Source of the DNA: Entomortierella parvispora E1425
Taxonomy: Eukaryota; Fungi; Mortierellomycota
Length of the DNA: 64,000 nt
Assembly: GCA_020891255.1 (NCBI GenBank)
Contig: BQFW01000001.1
Coordinates: 1,550,001 to 1,614,000, forward strand
Direction of reading: 5' to 3'
Every line of letters starts with the position of its first letter. Positions within the stretch are counted from its first letter, which is position 1. Shown piece by piece: positions 37,035-49,714 of the stretch. A model generated the notes under the pieces. It was not told the origin of the DNA. It was given only the letters and a program-made list of their open reading frames with translations, and ran no database searches. The position numbers and the translations under genes are program-made.

Positions 37035-40000
37035 CTACTCCCAGTATATATCGCCGGGTGCGACCTCTCGCTGTGACACCTCGACTGCTATTCTGCCCTT
37101 GGAATCCATGGTTGCGGAGTCTGTCGTCGTCGCTAGCCCGGCATTGTTCAACTCCATCGTCTCCAATTCAGCGAATCCTCTGGGATCCTTGGGAAGCCAT
37201 ACGGGCTGCGGCTGGGTCCACAATCCCGGATTCACATAGGCGTACGCATCTGGTACCATTGTTTCGGCCGCTGGATCATTAGACGACAAGATGCTTTGAT
37301 TAGCCCCCAAAACTTGCAGCGATGCACTTTTCGCTGTCCAAGCACTGTTCGCGCTGCTCCCAGTTCCTCCGCCAAACGGTTGCAAAAGTGCTGCATGTGG
37401 ACGATGACGTTGACCACTTTGTTGACTATGATATTGACCGTGACTATGTTGCTGTTGTTGTTGTGTGCCGGATTGGGACATGGAAGAAGAGGAGTGCTGA
37501 TTCTGAAGAACAGAGGATGTTGGCGTCATCGAGCCTGTTCCGGTTTTGTGTGTGGTATTCTCAACAATAATCGAAGGAATTGGGGAGTCGGTTGAAATAT
37601 TGGACCGTGCAGATCCCTGTCTACTCAGCGTGGATGATTGATGAAGCTGCTCTGTCCCAAGCGAAGGAGATTCTGTCGTTCCATGATATTCAGATGGTGA
37701 AGGAAGGGCTACTACTGGCGACTTGGCGGATGGATCCGGAGAATAAATTTCTTTCGAGGTTTCTGGGTCGGGGATCGGAGAAGCCGGGTCCATGTAAGGC
37801 GATTTCTCGTGGAAGGAGTCTTGCGCCGGGATAGGGTTGATGTTTTCTACCGAGGTAGAGGTTGAAATAGGAATAGGGGCGGAGCGATAGTTACCTGGAT
37901 CAGCTTGGCCGATCACGCCAGAAGGCTGTTCTAGACCAACACCTCCACCTCCTTCTCCTCCCTCTCCTCTCTCTCCTCCCCCTCCTCCTCCTCCTCCTCC
38001 TGCGGTGCTACCGTATCCGCCACCATTCTCCAGTCTACGACTATCGAAAACCTCTGTTGGCACGTATTTGATTGGGGACTTGAACAATCGGTGGCGTGTG
38101 TAGGCGATCATGACCACTGTCGCAACAAATGCCAAGAACATGACCACAGATTGACCAATTGCCTTCTGGAGGATAAAGAGTCCCAGCATGACGAGTTCGA
38201 AAATAATAACCGCCACGTAGACCTGATCAATGATTCGGGGGAAGATGAGCCCGCCAGTGTCGAAAGGTTGGCGGTAAACATAGAGAAACATGTGTCGGAA
38301 TGCTAGGTAATACATTCCGAAATAAATGACCATGAACGGCAGGATGATCGGTTGAATCGTCGAGTAGATTAGACCTAGTGAGAAACAATGTCATCCCACG
38401 ATTAGTCTTGGACGGTATACACTCCTGCCAATTTATCATAACTCGAATTAACATACCAATGGCAAATGCGATAGTATGAACTGGGATTGTGGTTCCCCAG
38501 TCGACGGCGCCCATTGTCCTTTCGGTGGCATACATCTGGCGAGGAGTTGAGGATCGAAATTTGCCGATATGATACATGATCAATGGTCCAATCTGGAGTA
38601 ACATCATGGGAATGCCGATCAATGACAGCAGGATAAAGCTGAGGAAGAATGTCGAGGCCTGAGGGAGAGTCGAAGCAAGCATGGACATGATCTGTGACGG
38701 GTTATTCTTGATTTGCTGAACTGCAGCAAAGATTCCGTTTGCCAAGGTGGTGACAAGAAGGACGTGGACAACCTGCGAGAGAATGGTTTGCGATGACTGT
38801 CAGTAAATAACGAACTGAAAAGGACTGACTATAGACTCGAAGGCCGGATATGTAGCTCACACTGAACCAGTGGTAGGATGTCATGACCTGCAACGTCTTT
38901 CTCGAATTCAAAACCGCTCCACCAAGATGTGCCAACTCTATTAGGAGAAATTAAAAAAAGTCAGTACATGTTGCCATAAGAGCTCATCAAGTACATAGTT
39001 CCATCAACAGCAACTCACTGTAGAGGATCATGGGGAGGACCATCATCAAGACTGCCAAGCCAATTGGTGGCAGCACACCCTGGATTACTCCTAGAGCTAC
39101 CTTTGGCAAGCTGTATACACCTTTCAGGAACGGCGCATACTGGACAATTGCATCCAGTTTTGCTACTGAAGCCACAAATGCCACAGGAATGGCCCAAAGT
39201 ACAATCAATGCCACAGCCAAAAGAGTCGCAAGTGTTTTCCGGCCCAGTCGTGACAACGGCGTCAATCCTAAGTTATCCCAGATCACATCCTTGGGGTGAA
39301 CCTCTAAATAACCTGGACCCTTGGACACTGTCGCCTTCTTATCCACAGCCTGTACGGCAGCATGTGCCCCCATTTGGTTGTTAAACTGCAAAAACGCAGA
39401 GCTCATCTTATCCTGGTCCTGATTATCATGCATTGCCCCCAACCCTGCTTGCTGACGTGCCAAGATCGAGGAATTCATATTGGACAACTCGGATCGATAA
39501 GTGTTGATGGAATCCACCTTTTCTGCGCCACAGCAACTGGTAAAGAGAGTCATGGGGAAAGTAGCCGGTCGGTGCTTTGGTCGTTTCTCTGGTGGAAAAG
39601 CATCATCTCCTGTCGCCAAATTGGCTTGCTGTTGTTGCTGACGAAGAAGATCGGTCGAACCCTGTGAGACTTCAGAACGTCGTCTCCCTTCTGCGCCCTG
39701 TTCTTCCTGTTGAAGCTTCAGTTTGGATTTGATCAGTGCACATTCTGCAGTCTCCAGTTTGTTGGTGAGAGCAATCCTCTTTGTACATTCCTTTTGGAGA
39801 GCCTGGGCTCCATAGGCCATCCAGACTCGCTTTAATCCTCCAGGGAAGGATCCGAACGCCTGCTGAACTGACTGGGTACTATCATATCCTTTGGGAAGGC
39901 CAGTGACGAGGATCGTGTTCGCTTGAAGAGACTGGGAATGACGATCGCTTGTCAAGTATTGATGTCTCCTAGTGATGAACCGTTGGATACTCAGGAAACA

Positions 40001-40596
40001 CGCGGCCATGGTCGCACCTAAACAAAGCACAAATCACAGAGTCCTCTTGTAGGTCAGTTTTGTAGGGAATAAGGAAATGGTAGATTTGTTGTGGAGGGGA
40101 GTGACTGCAAGGGAAGAGCGACAGAGCCAGGCTACTTGCCACAAAAAAGGACAGCCAACACAACATGTCCCCAGAGTCGCCTTTGATCCAAGATATTTGC
40201 GATTGTGAACTGATTCAATCCGACGAGTGACAACTGGTTGAAGGCGTTGAGAGGGATCAGTACTGGGATCGCCAAAACGGCGAAGAACATGAAGAGGTAA
40301 TAGGACTTGTTTAAAAAGTCAAGGAACATGTACGCATCCAGCCCGCAGCGATCGATGACATCCAAGTCGCTGAGTTTTCTAGACCCAAAGACCCATCCCA
40401 GGATACCCTCGTTGTTTGGCTCTGGTCGCTCCCGTGAAGGGGACATATAAGTCTTTGGTGCATAGACACGTGGGCATCGTGTTCGTATGATGGCATAGAC
40501 AATAAAGAGGATGGAAGAGACTGCAGTGGTAAAGACGATTGAAGACACAAAGGTCGACACGGATGCGTCGGTGTTGTCCTGGCTCGAGTCTGCCAT
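37035..40596 (-). CDS. OSCA/TMEM63/CSC1-like (RSN1/PHM7, DUF221) stress-gated cation channel
   Basis: N-terminal TM with RVYAPKT; GLDAYMFLDFL; AFLQFN; EVHPKDVIWDNL; STIQPIIL; FRHMFLYVY..DTGGLIFPRII; C-terminal PVWLPKDPRGFA. Confidence 0.92.
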
Positions 40597-41381
40597 CAGA
40601 CTGGTGTGGGTTGCAAGAGTGAAGATGGGAGGAAAGGAAAAGCAGGCAGGGAGAACAGGCGAAAAGTCTACTAGGGGTGATCTGGTCCATCGTCGACTGG
40701 CATGTCACAGCGAAAAGGGTCCGTTCGCAGTGGAATAGGAACGATGCAGGTGGTGCGTCCCAAAAGGGCCAAATAAAAAGGAGGAATGACCCTCCCAATT
40801 AATTTGAACCCAAGGGTCCACAGGCTCTTGTCTCCGCCCCTGGCTACCCAGTACGTGGTGCAAATGACCGCCTGCAACTATCCTCATGCTGGCCGCGCGT
40901 TGCTTGATGATGCCTGAACGGCGAACGCTGGAGTCTCTCCTTTTTTGATCTGAAGCTCACCATGGTCCCGAACCAGACTGGAATCATGTCGGGTTGGGGC
41001 AGCCTGCTTGTTAATGGCACCATTCCCATACTCCACATATATGGTCACCTGCGTCACGTCCCGTCCTGACCCAATGGCCCCAGGAATCGAATCTCTATTC
41101 TCTCTTGACCGACCATGGCTCTCGTTGACGTTTGCTCTTGGTATCGGTTTGATCGTCGATCATCGTCACCCGACTACTGTCCACTGCATGGCCCTTACAT
41201 CCAGTCTGCTCCTGACTCGTCCCAAATACACAGAACGAACCCTTTTTCTCGCGTGCTGATCGCGTCTCATGTCAATTGACGCTTTGCTCCCTTTGTCATC
41301 TTCCTTCAGCACAATTCCAAGCTATACCTGTAAGCTCCTTGTCGTGAACCAAACAAGGCCTGGGCGCACAACAATCGCTCC

Positions 41382-41388
41382 TATAAAA
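41382..41388 (+). promoter_or_regulatory. TATA box of the GPI repeat-protein gene
   Basis: CTATAAAA about 155 bp before ATG 41542, followed by a CT-rich leader. Confidence 0.45.
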
Positions 41389-41541
41389 GAGGCCGCCACC
41401 AAGTCTTTTTCTTCTTCATCCTCTTTGCCCGCTTCAGAAGCATCTGCTTTCGCCGTCTCATCACCCTTCCTTGCTCCGTATACCCATTGCCTTATCTACC
41501 TCCCCTATCTATTGATTACACCCTTCTCATATATACACATC

Positions 41542-43299
41542 ATGCATCGCCCTGCACTTCTCTTGACCTTGGCTACTGTTGCGCTTGGTGCGTCGGCTCG
41601 ATTCAACGCCGCCGCCGACGCTAATGCCAATGTAGCCTCTCCGGGGATTACAAGCACTCAGCCCCAGAACCTTGTGAACCCTCCTGCCCTCGCCGCCCGC
41701 GACCTCAACATTGGTGTCCTAGGAAATAACAACAGTAACGATCAAGATGAAGAAAACAAAGAAGCTCGAGCAACTATCAATGTTCAGCTCAGTCGTCGAC
41801 ACACCGACATCAATGCGAATGTTGACACCACCTTGGGACGTCGTGATGTGACCGCCGACGCAAAGATTGATCTCGGCCGCCGGGACTTGAATGTGGATTC
41901 CAAGATCGCCAAGATCACTGCTGACCCAAAGAAATCTGAAGAAGAGAAGAGCAGGGCCCTAGTTGACGTCCATCTAAACCGCCGTCATGTTGACATTGCC
42001 GAGATTGTTACAGTAAACAAGCCCAGCAATGTGCAGGTGAACGCTCGCGCATTGAATCTCGACCTCGATGTGTTGCAAGAGCACCGCCCACTCATTGTTG
42101 ACCTGGATGGTCGGGACTTGAACGTCAATGGAGTGCTCTTGAAGGAGAGTAAGCCCGTGGATGTCAATGTCAACGCCCGTGACCTCAATGTCAATCCCGA
42201 TGTCTTGAAGGAGAACAAACCAGTGGATGTCAATGTCAACGCCCGTGACCTCAATGCCAACGCCGATCTCTTGAAGGAGAACAAACCTGTAGATGTCAAT
42301 CTCAATGGCCGTGACCTCAATGCCAACGCCATTGTCTTGAAGGAGAACAAGCCCGTAGATGTCAACGTCAACGCCCGTGACCTCAACGTCAACGCCGATA
42401 TCTTGGAGAACAAACCTGTAGATGTCAATCTCAATGGTCGTGATCTCAATACCAACGCCGATCTCTTGAGGGAAGGCAAGCCTGTGGATATCAACGTCAA
42501 CGCTCGTGACCTCAACGTTAACGCTGATCTTTTGCAGGAGAGCCAATCTGTTGTCGTTGATGTGAACTCGCGTGCCTTGAATTTGGATGTCGGTGCTTTG
42601 GATCAGCACCGCCCTCTTAACGTGAACCTCAATGGTCGCAGCCTGAACCTTGAAACTGGACTTTTGAAGGAGGAAAAACCGGTAGATGTTCAGGTCGAGG
42701 GCCGTGATTTAAACCTGAACGCGGATCTCCTTCAAGAGCATCGTCCTATCTCAGTCTTCTTGAACCGCCGCGATTATGAAATGTCGAATGGATACCTGCT
42801 CCGCGATCCTGAACATATCGATGCCGCGGCGACAATTGCTCAATTGAAGAAGCGTGATGTCCAGGCCAATACTGATGTCAATGCCTTGGAGAATCAGGAT
42901 AACTTGAAGGATGCAACCCAGATTAAGGCCATTGTTGGGAACAACATCCTTACCACTCGACGCCACCACTGTAAGCGAACTGTGCATATTCTCCCCCTAG
43001 TTTACAAAAGATACCGTGTCTAATCATTCGTTGATTTTTTTTCCTTCTAATTGTATCGAATGAACATAGCTGACGAAGATGACGAGGACGAAGATGGCGA
43101 CGATGATGGCGAGTACCTGAGCCAGAGTAGCATTGATAGCCATGATAACGATGACTACAAAAGGGCCTCTTCTTCGGAGAAGGAAAACTCTGGCAAGGAC
43201 AAGAAACGCAATGGTGCCTCCAAGATGTCGACTTCGACTCTTGCTGGCCTCTCCTTGGCCGGCATGGCCGCAGGCTCCTTCTTGCTCTTTTTGGTGTGA
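41542..43299 (+). CDS. Secreted, GPI-anchored protein with ~12 x 22-aa Asn/Val/Leu/Asp repeats (RDLNVNADLLKENKPVDVNVNA)
   Basis: Signal peptide MHRPALLLTLATVALGASA. The intron 42971-43069 (GTAAGC..CTAAT..TAG) splices to an acidic spacer and a GPI-type tail NGASKMSTSTLAGLSLAGMAAGSFLLFLV. Confidence 0.82.
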
Positions 43300-43557
43300 A
43301 AGTCCAGTCACCTGAACAGCCACAGATGCCATATCCACTTTTTTTTTCAGCAATCATGTACTTTTATAATCGACTGCTCCGTAATAAGAAATAAAGACCC
43401 ACACAAACAAAAATAGAAGGCAAAGGCGAGTTCCTCAAAAGGACAGCGATTAAGGATGTCAATGCTCGTATTCATAACATTGTTTTGAGGATAGATGTCA
43501 CACGGAACTCTTCTATGAGCTACATTATCTTTGCTCCGGGGTGATTTTGGGACCTAT

Positions 43558-45084
43558 CTACAAGTGACTAAGGGCCATCACAACGACAGCCAAGAGAGTC
43601 GAAAGACCGGCCGTCGTCAAAGTCGCCGCCGTGTTCTTCTTTCCTGCAGTAGTAGGCACTGTCGTGTTGCTTCCACCTGTGGTGTTGGTTCCAGTGGTTG
43701 AGTTGGGGTTGTTGTTCACACCAGCGACGGCACCGTTCATGGTCGCCAACGTGATGTTGTGCTCCTTGTAAGGGTGGGGGTCATTAACACAGGCTGACAC
43801 AGGCATGGTCTTCCAGGTCTGTTGCAAACGGGGCAAGTTGGCAATGGCGGCGTCAACAGTGTTCTGGTAAAGTTCGTGCTCCAGGCAGATATGGCCCGTG
43901 GTGTCCTTGGGGGCGGCAGCGATCCATTGATCAAAGGCCTGGTCGACTTGAGCCATGGTGCGTTGACCGCCAGGGGCCATCATCCAGTCGTTGGTATCGA
44001 GATCCCAGATGACAGAGGTGTAACCCATCTGAGTCAACAATCCTCGGATACGGTTGTCGATGTCACCGTAAGGAGGCTGCGCAGGTCATCATAAACAGGG
44101 CGGGGGAAAAAAAGAAAAAAAAAAATCAGAAAAGCTGTTGAGCAAAGGGTGAATCTGAGATTGAAAGTTGAATTATCAGCCCGGTACGGAAATGGCTGGA
44201 CTGAGGCTGCTGGACAGCCAAACAAAAAAAACCCCGGGCTCACAAATCAATTCACTCTTTTTCTTGGGTTCCTGCCACAGGGAGAAACCATCCTCAAAAT
44301 ATGGCGCTCAGGTCAAATTAGAGACCATACAGTGGCAACAAAACATGGCCCAAGGGTGGAGGGAGGCAGCTGGAAGTGAAAAAAAAAGATGTAGTAGCGG
44401 CGGACTTACTCTGAAGTAGGTGGGAGTGAAACCGCAAAGCTCCTTGATGGCCAACTCAGTGTACTTGATCTCGGCCACAAACTGCTCGTTTGTCAAAGAG
44501 GTCGAAGGGTGGTGGGACCAAGTGTGGACGGCAATTTGATGACCAGCACCACAAGCACGGCGAGCTGCCTGCCAGTTCTGAAGGACGTTAGAACCGATGT
44601 AGAACAAGGTTGCCTTCTGATCTGTCTTATCCAGGGCATTGTAAAGCTGTTCACTGAACTCAGTTGGACCGTCATCGTACGTCAATCCCCAGACACCCTT
44701 GGGACATTGGATGATATCCTTGTTGATGCAGTTTGTCTCAGTCCAGTCACAAGCATCGGCGGGGATCGCCTTTGGGTTGGAAGGATCGCCACCGGCGGTG
44801 AAAGGAACGACTGGAAAGTTGGGGACAGCCGTCATGTTGAGCTCCTTGAGCCATTGAGCCACCAATGGGGTGTTTGTGGCTGCAATGGTGAACTGAGGAG
44901 GATAAGGATTGGCAAACGTGCCATTGAAGGGAGGCAGAGGGATAATGGGGGCAGGCACAGCTTGCGAAGGGGAAGGGGAAGGGGCAGGGGCAGCTGCTTT
45001 AGCCTTAGTCGTGGCAGTAGCAGCCGAGGCCACGCTCGAAAATGCGATAACGGCGCAAATCAAGGAGAGATCCTTCAGAAGCAT
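43558..45084 (-). CDS. CDA: Chitin deacetylase (CE4/NodB), secreted, GPI-type C-terminus
   Basis: Signal peptide; WGLTYDDGP, HTWSHH, TYFR|PPYGDID (intron 44077-44409), IWDLDTNDW, GHICLEHE; S/T-rich region and hydrophobic C-terminus. Confidence 0.93.
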
Positions 45085-46982
45085 GATAGAGAAGAGGATA
45101 GGAAGGGGAAGATGGAAATCGAGGAAGAAGGGATTGGAAGGGCCTCGATGTAAGTCGAGTAATGAAGAGTGGAAGAGGGAACAGAAGATGAGCGGACAAA
45201 GAGACGAAAATAGGCACCTCCAGTCGATCTTTGTTTTATCAACGCCTCTTGTTGTTCTTGATGTCGACGTTGTTTGGCGTAGATCTACATTGCAGCCACT
45301 TTGATTCTGAGGATGCAGCCCAAAAAAAGAACCGGAAGAACGGCACGCCCAACCGCGTACCGTCGTACCTTGCTTGTCTCGTGTCTGTGCAGACCGGCCA
45401 AAGCCGAGGAGAACATGCCTCCTTCTTTATCTGTTGGCTTTACGAACAATAATAATCGCCGAGAGAATCAACTCCCCTCCGGATAAAATTCGAAATTGGA
45501 AATTGAAAAAAAAAAAAAACTTATTTCTTCGAGTCGGCTTTTGTACCCGAGACTTTTTGGATGATTGAGGTTCGTCATGTCCGTACCCGGCATTGAAAAA
45601 GAGACTAGTGAGTGCACTATTCTTACCGACAATTTTCAACTATTGTTCATCTTTTGAAGCGACTTGGTTTGATATCACGGGTCGATTCTTGTTGAGGAGC
45701 ATTCCATTCGGGGCAATTGCGGCACATCCAAGAACAAAAGTATGATCAGGGAGACAAGTATCTGTTGGGAGATACGGACAGTAATCGTAAGCAGCACGGG
45801 TGGAGAACGAAGAGCGGAGGTATTGCATGAGAGATTGGACGGCGAAGAGCAGCCGGTGTCCAGTGGGACAGGGAACACGCTTTTTGGGCGCTTTATTTCA
45901 GGAATAGATTAATATTGGCGATGGGGCGTGCGGGTGGACTTTGCACTCCAACGTTGCGCCTTGGAGTTCAGAATGTTCTTCCGTTTTTTTCCCCTTGGTA
46001 ATGAGCCACCCGTGTCCTCCAGGGGTTTGGATATTGTAAAACCACATGCATCCTCCAGACCTACAGCTTTGCCATCGCGCCCAACCACGGCACCCTGGTC
46101 AGCACTCCCTAGGACATGATTTACGCCTCATACTAGGTGGGTAACAGCTATTTGTGCCAAATCCCATGATGAACAGTAATGTCAGTCACTAGGAGGTTCA
46201 GATGTCAGAAAGCAAGTCCGTCCAACACATTTTGGCCTCAATGTCAAGGTCTCACCGTTGTCTTTGAAGGCACCTGTACGTGCCTCATTACTATATGTGC
46301 GATTGCCCTCGTGCTGAGCTCTGAAGGCTTGCGTTCCCGCTGGCGAGCAATGTCAGTTTGAGCGTTATCACTAGTGACAAGCGCGTCGGTGGATACAAGC
46401 TCTGAAGTGCATTTCAATGTATGTAATAGAAGGCGTGTGATTGGCAGTCTCAAATCTCCAACCTGATCAGGCCGACGGCTCTTCACTACAACGCGTTAGG
46501 CGCAGCAAGTGTCCCAGCGCGGTGGAGACGAGAGTAGAGAAAACGTGCCTCATAGGACCATGGCAGCCATGAAACATGTACGACCTTGAGCCAAGAGAAT
46601 TGTTGAATCACCGACCAGTAAGAGGAGGGCCTGCATCCGAGCAAGCAATGCCACAGAGATGAGGTCGGGATGGAAGTGCATGCATTCCACAAAGGTGTGC
46701 ATTTGAAACCCGTCCAGCAGCGTCGCGACTGTGCGCGGAAGTCAGGTGTGATTTGTCACGGGTGTGCAACGGACACCCTGCTGCTGTCTTAGTGTGGGGT
46801 CAAACTCCAATAAAATCATCACGGTGTTCCTAGCCAGTGATTTTTTTTCCGCATCCTCCTCCCTTACTCCCTTGTCTTCAGCAATCCTCTCTTCATCTTC
46901 TCTTCCTCCTCTTCTTCTTTTCAACTTCTCGCCCACAGATATATACCACTCCTCCGTTCTTTCAACAAAGAAACCTGTCATC

Positions 46983-47471
46983 ATGAACGACATCCACCCT
47001 TCCTGCGTCCACTCAACCGCTCACCACAACTCCGTGTCCATCTCCAACAGCGAGTCGGCAGCTACGGGAGGTTGCTCTTGTGAGGACTGTGCCCCTTTCA
47101 AGGCCCCATCCCGGCAGCAATTCTCCGAGCAATTCTCCTCCCTTCAGGATAAGCAGCAGCAGCACCATACCCAGGCGGCTTCTGTCGGCCCACTCGATCG
47201 CAATCAGAGCGCAACTTCGACCTCGTCGACCACACCCCCAACCACTTACTTGGCCAGAAGACCCTCCGCTTCATTCAACTCTGCAACTTCGCCTCGGATG
47301 CATCCCGCAGGCTTTGGTGGTGGTGGATCTGCTACTCAAACGGCGACCCCCCACAGGCGTGCCTCGCTCGAGTTCCATAACCGCGAGCGATCCTTCCAAC
47401 AGCACTCGACCGCTTGCGACTGCAGAGGTTCAGGCGTTGGCTGTGGATGTGCCTTCACCTGCGATTGTTAG
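46983..47471 (+). CDS. 162-aa S/T/Q-rich protein with Cys clusters (CSCEDC; C-terminal CDCRGSGVGCGCAFTCDC)
   Basis: Single-exon ORF after a CT-rich leader, with metallothionein-like CxC spacing at the C-terminus. Confidence 0.65.
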   Translation: MNDIHPSCVHSTAHHNSVSISNSESAATGGCSCEDCAPFKAPSRQQFSEQFSSLQDKQQQHHTQAASVGPLDRNQSATSTSSTTPPTTYLARRPSASFNSATSPRMHPAGFGGGGSATQTATPHRRASLEFHNRERSFQQHSTACDCRGSGVGCGCAFTCDC

Positions 47472-47829
47472 TGAGATCACGCTGAGCTCCTCTCCACAGA
47501 AAAAAAAAGTGCTATAGCAAGGGAAAGAAGGATGGCATCTCTTCCCTGTCATCTTACTGCTCGTTACCTGCATTTCAGACTGAACTCCTCCAAATATTCA
47601 CTGCAAGCCAGAAAAAAAAATCTTTTTCCCACACACACCCCTCAAGACGACCCTTTCGTCTACTTTGTAAATAGTTCCTTTTGTCTGCAGTGCGCCAGAT
47701 CTTGCAACCCTTCATTGACTTTTCGCCCCTGTTTGTTCCGTCCTTCAAGTAAAAAATAAAAATCACAAAAAAGTGGCGCCTGAAAGATTTACGTGGTTCG
47801 AAAGCTATTTTTTTGTGTTGTGAGCAGAT

Positions 47830-49499
47830 TTATTTTTTAGAAATGATACGGCTGCTGTAGATCACATCTCCTCCAGGCTGTTTCACACTTCTTGCATGCT
47901 TCAGAAGAAGGATGTCTAGTTTCTTTTCATCCAGCACCAAATCTCTCAAAAATGGTCGAATCTCTTGAGCCTCCCATTTGGCCTTGATCTCGAACAAAGC
48001 CGTAAATCGCATCGCTGGATCGTTGGGGAGGTGAGACTTTGAGAAATAACGGATACTCTTGATTGTTTGATTCCTATCGATAACACGATCCAGCTCCACG
48101 ATGCACTCGCCCTAAAGCAGAGAAAATAGGTTTAGTGAAAGAGCTTTGGGTGTAGTTTCCTCCTTTTGATTTCGAAAAACCTACAGCAAGGCAAACCAAG
48201 TCTGCTTGAAAATGACCATGAAGAGATTTCTCCCACTCTTTCACAAAAACCTCAAGCTTTTGCTGATTTCCCTATAGACACAGGCGTTAGATGTGAAAAC
48301 CACGTTCAGCGAATAAAGTGGTCGGCAACTAGCTTTGGTTCTTACCCTTCCTATCCGCGAAAGCAAATATGTACCCAAAAAAGTAGGTACCTCCTGCGCC
48401 GACAGACTGATGAGGCCCTCAGTTTCGTTCTCATTGGAAAAACTCTTCAAGCAATGTTCGATCATCCACTTCTCAATCCCGGTCTCCTTAGCCGACCCAT
48501 CTTCCTCAATGGTCTGACAAATTTTATCAATGTCCACTGCATCTGCCCGCATTTCCAACACGTTCAGTGTCATGAGAACTTCTTGAAGAATCTCGTACAT
48601 GAACTGGACTTTGAATAGCCTCCAATGACCTAAATATCATTCATCGGGTAACATCGATTAGATGTCGCTCTGAGTGAAAACTGGCCCTTGACGATTGTGG
48701 CATGCATTTACCTTCGATCAAGCAAGCGTGATTTTTCTTCAGCCATTGCAGAATCTCCTTGTCGCTCGCTTGGATAATAGACTGAATTTGAGCCCACGTG
48801 TACAAATGTCCCTGATACGGTGAAAAGGAGAAGTTGGGAAGTAAGAACAACTGTGGGAGTGGACATTTCTACGAGTATCTGACATACCTTTTGATGTGAT
48901 TCTTGTGCCCAGCCTTCAAATGGATTTTGGCGCAAAAGTTGTCCTAGTCGTTCCAGTCGAGGCGAGATCGGTATCAAATCCAGTACACTGTCGAGAATAT
49001 CAAGCACTGCTTGTCGTTCATACTGAGGTCCATCAAGTGCATCTTTGTCTTCTAGAGGGGGGAACTGATCCATGAACCCGTTCGACTCTATGTTCATGTC
49101 AATATCCCTATTCCCGTCCGAACTTCGAATCCTGCTTTCGACGATTGGAGCGATGGGCAGAAGCATGTTGGAGGTGTGGGCTCGTTGTAAACTGAACGTC
49201 TGAGTGGGCGTACAGAGGACGGCAGTATCCGTGTCTAATCCACGCACTTGGAAGCTTTTGAATGAAGTAAGAGATATAATTCCACGTTAGGGAGAGAGTA
49301 GTTCTGGTTCAACCGTTGGAATGGTTTGAATGCAGGAATAGTTCTACCTCAGTTGATCATTGTCCGAGTTGTTGTTGATGTATTCCTCGAGACTTTTTGG
49401 TAGTTCCAGTAATGTATAACTTGACTGGACAAAGTCCCGTGCAAAGAAGAGGTCTGTGGTAGTGGCATTGTCCGGCGCCTGAGTGGAAGGGTTGGCCAT
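47830..49499 (-). CDS. DCC1: Sister chromatid cohesion protein Dcc1 (Ctf18-RFC subunit)
   Basis: YTLLELPKSL..VRGLDTDTAVLCTPTQTFSLQRAHTSNMLL; QASDKEI..L..A..IEG; LPNDPAMRFTALFEIKAKWEAQEIRPFLRDL. Confidence 0.88.
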
Positions 49500-49714
49500 G
49501 ATGTGGAGGAGCTGTCGATGCAGAGATGCAAGTCCTGGGTCAAGATGTGGTGGCAACAAAAGGTGCCTGCCTAGTTTCACGGTTGCCTGCCCAAAAATAC
49601 TGGCTGAGGTGACAGTCACGCTCGGTGACAAATGTTCGCATCTCCTTCCATTGGATCACTCAAGCAACTAAACGTGTTCTACTCACCATCTCTCCAACCC
49701 CACCTCATCAGTGA

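Noticed and set aside
45200-46900. Intergenic stretch as a TE relic or RNA gene
   Set aside because: No terminal repeats, motifs or tRNA-like structure found by eye.
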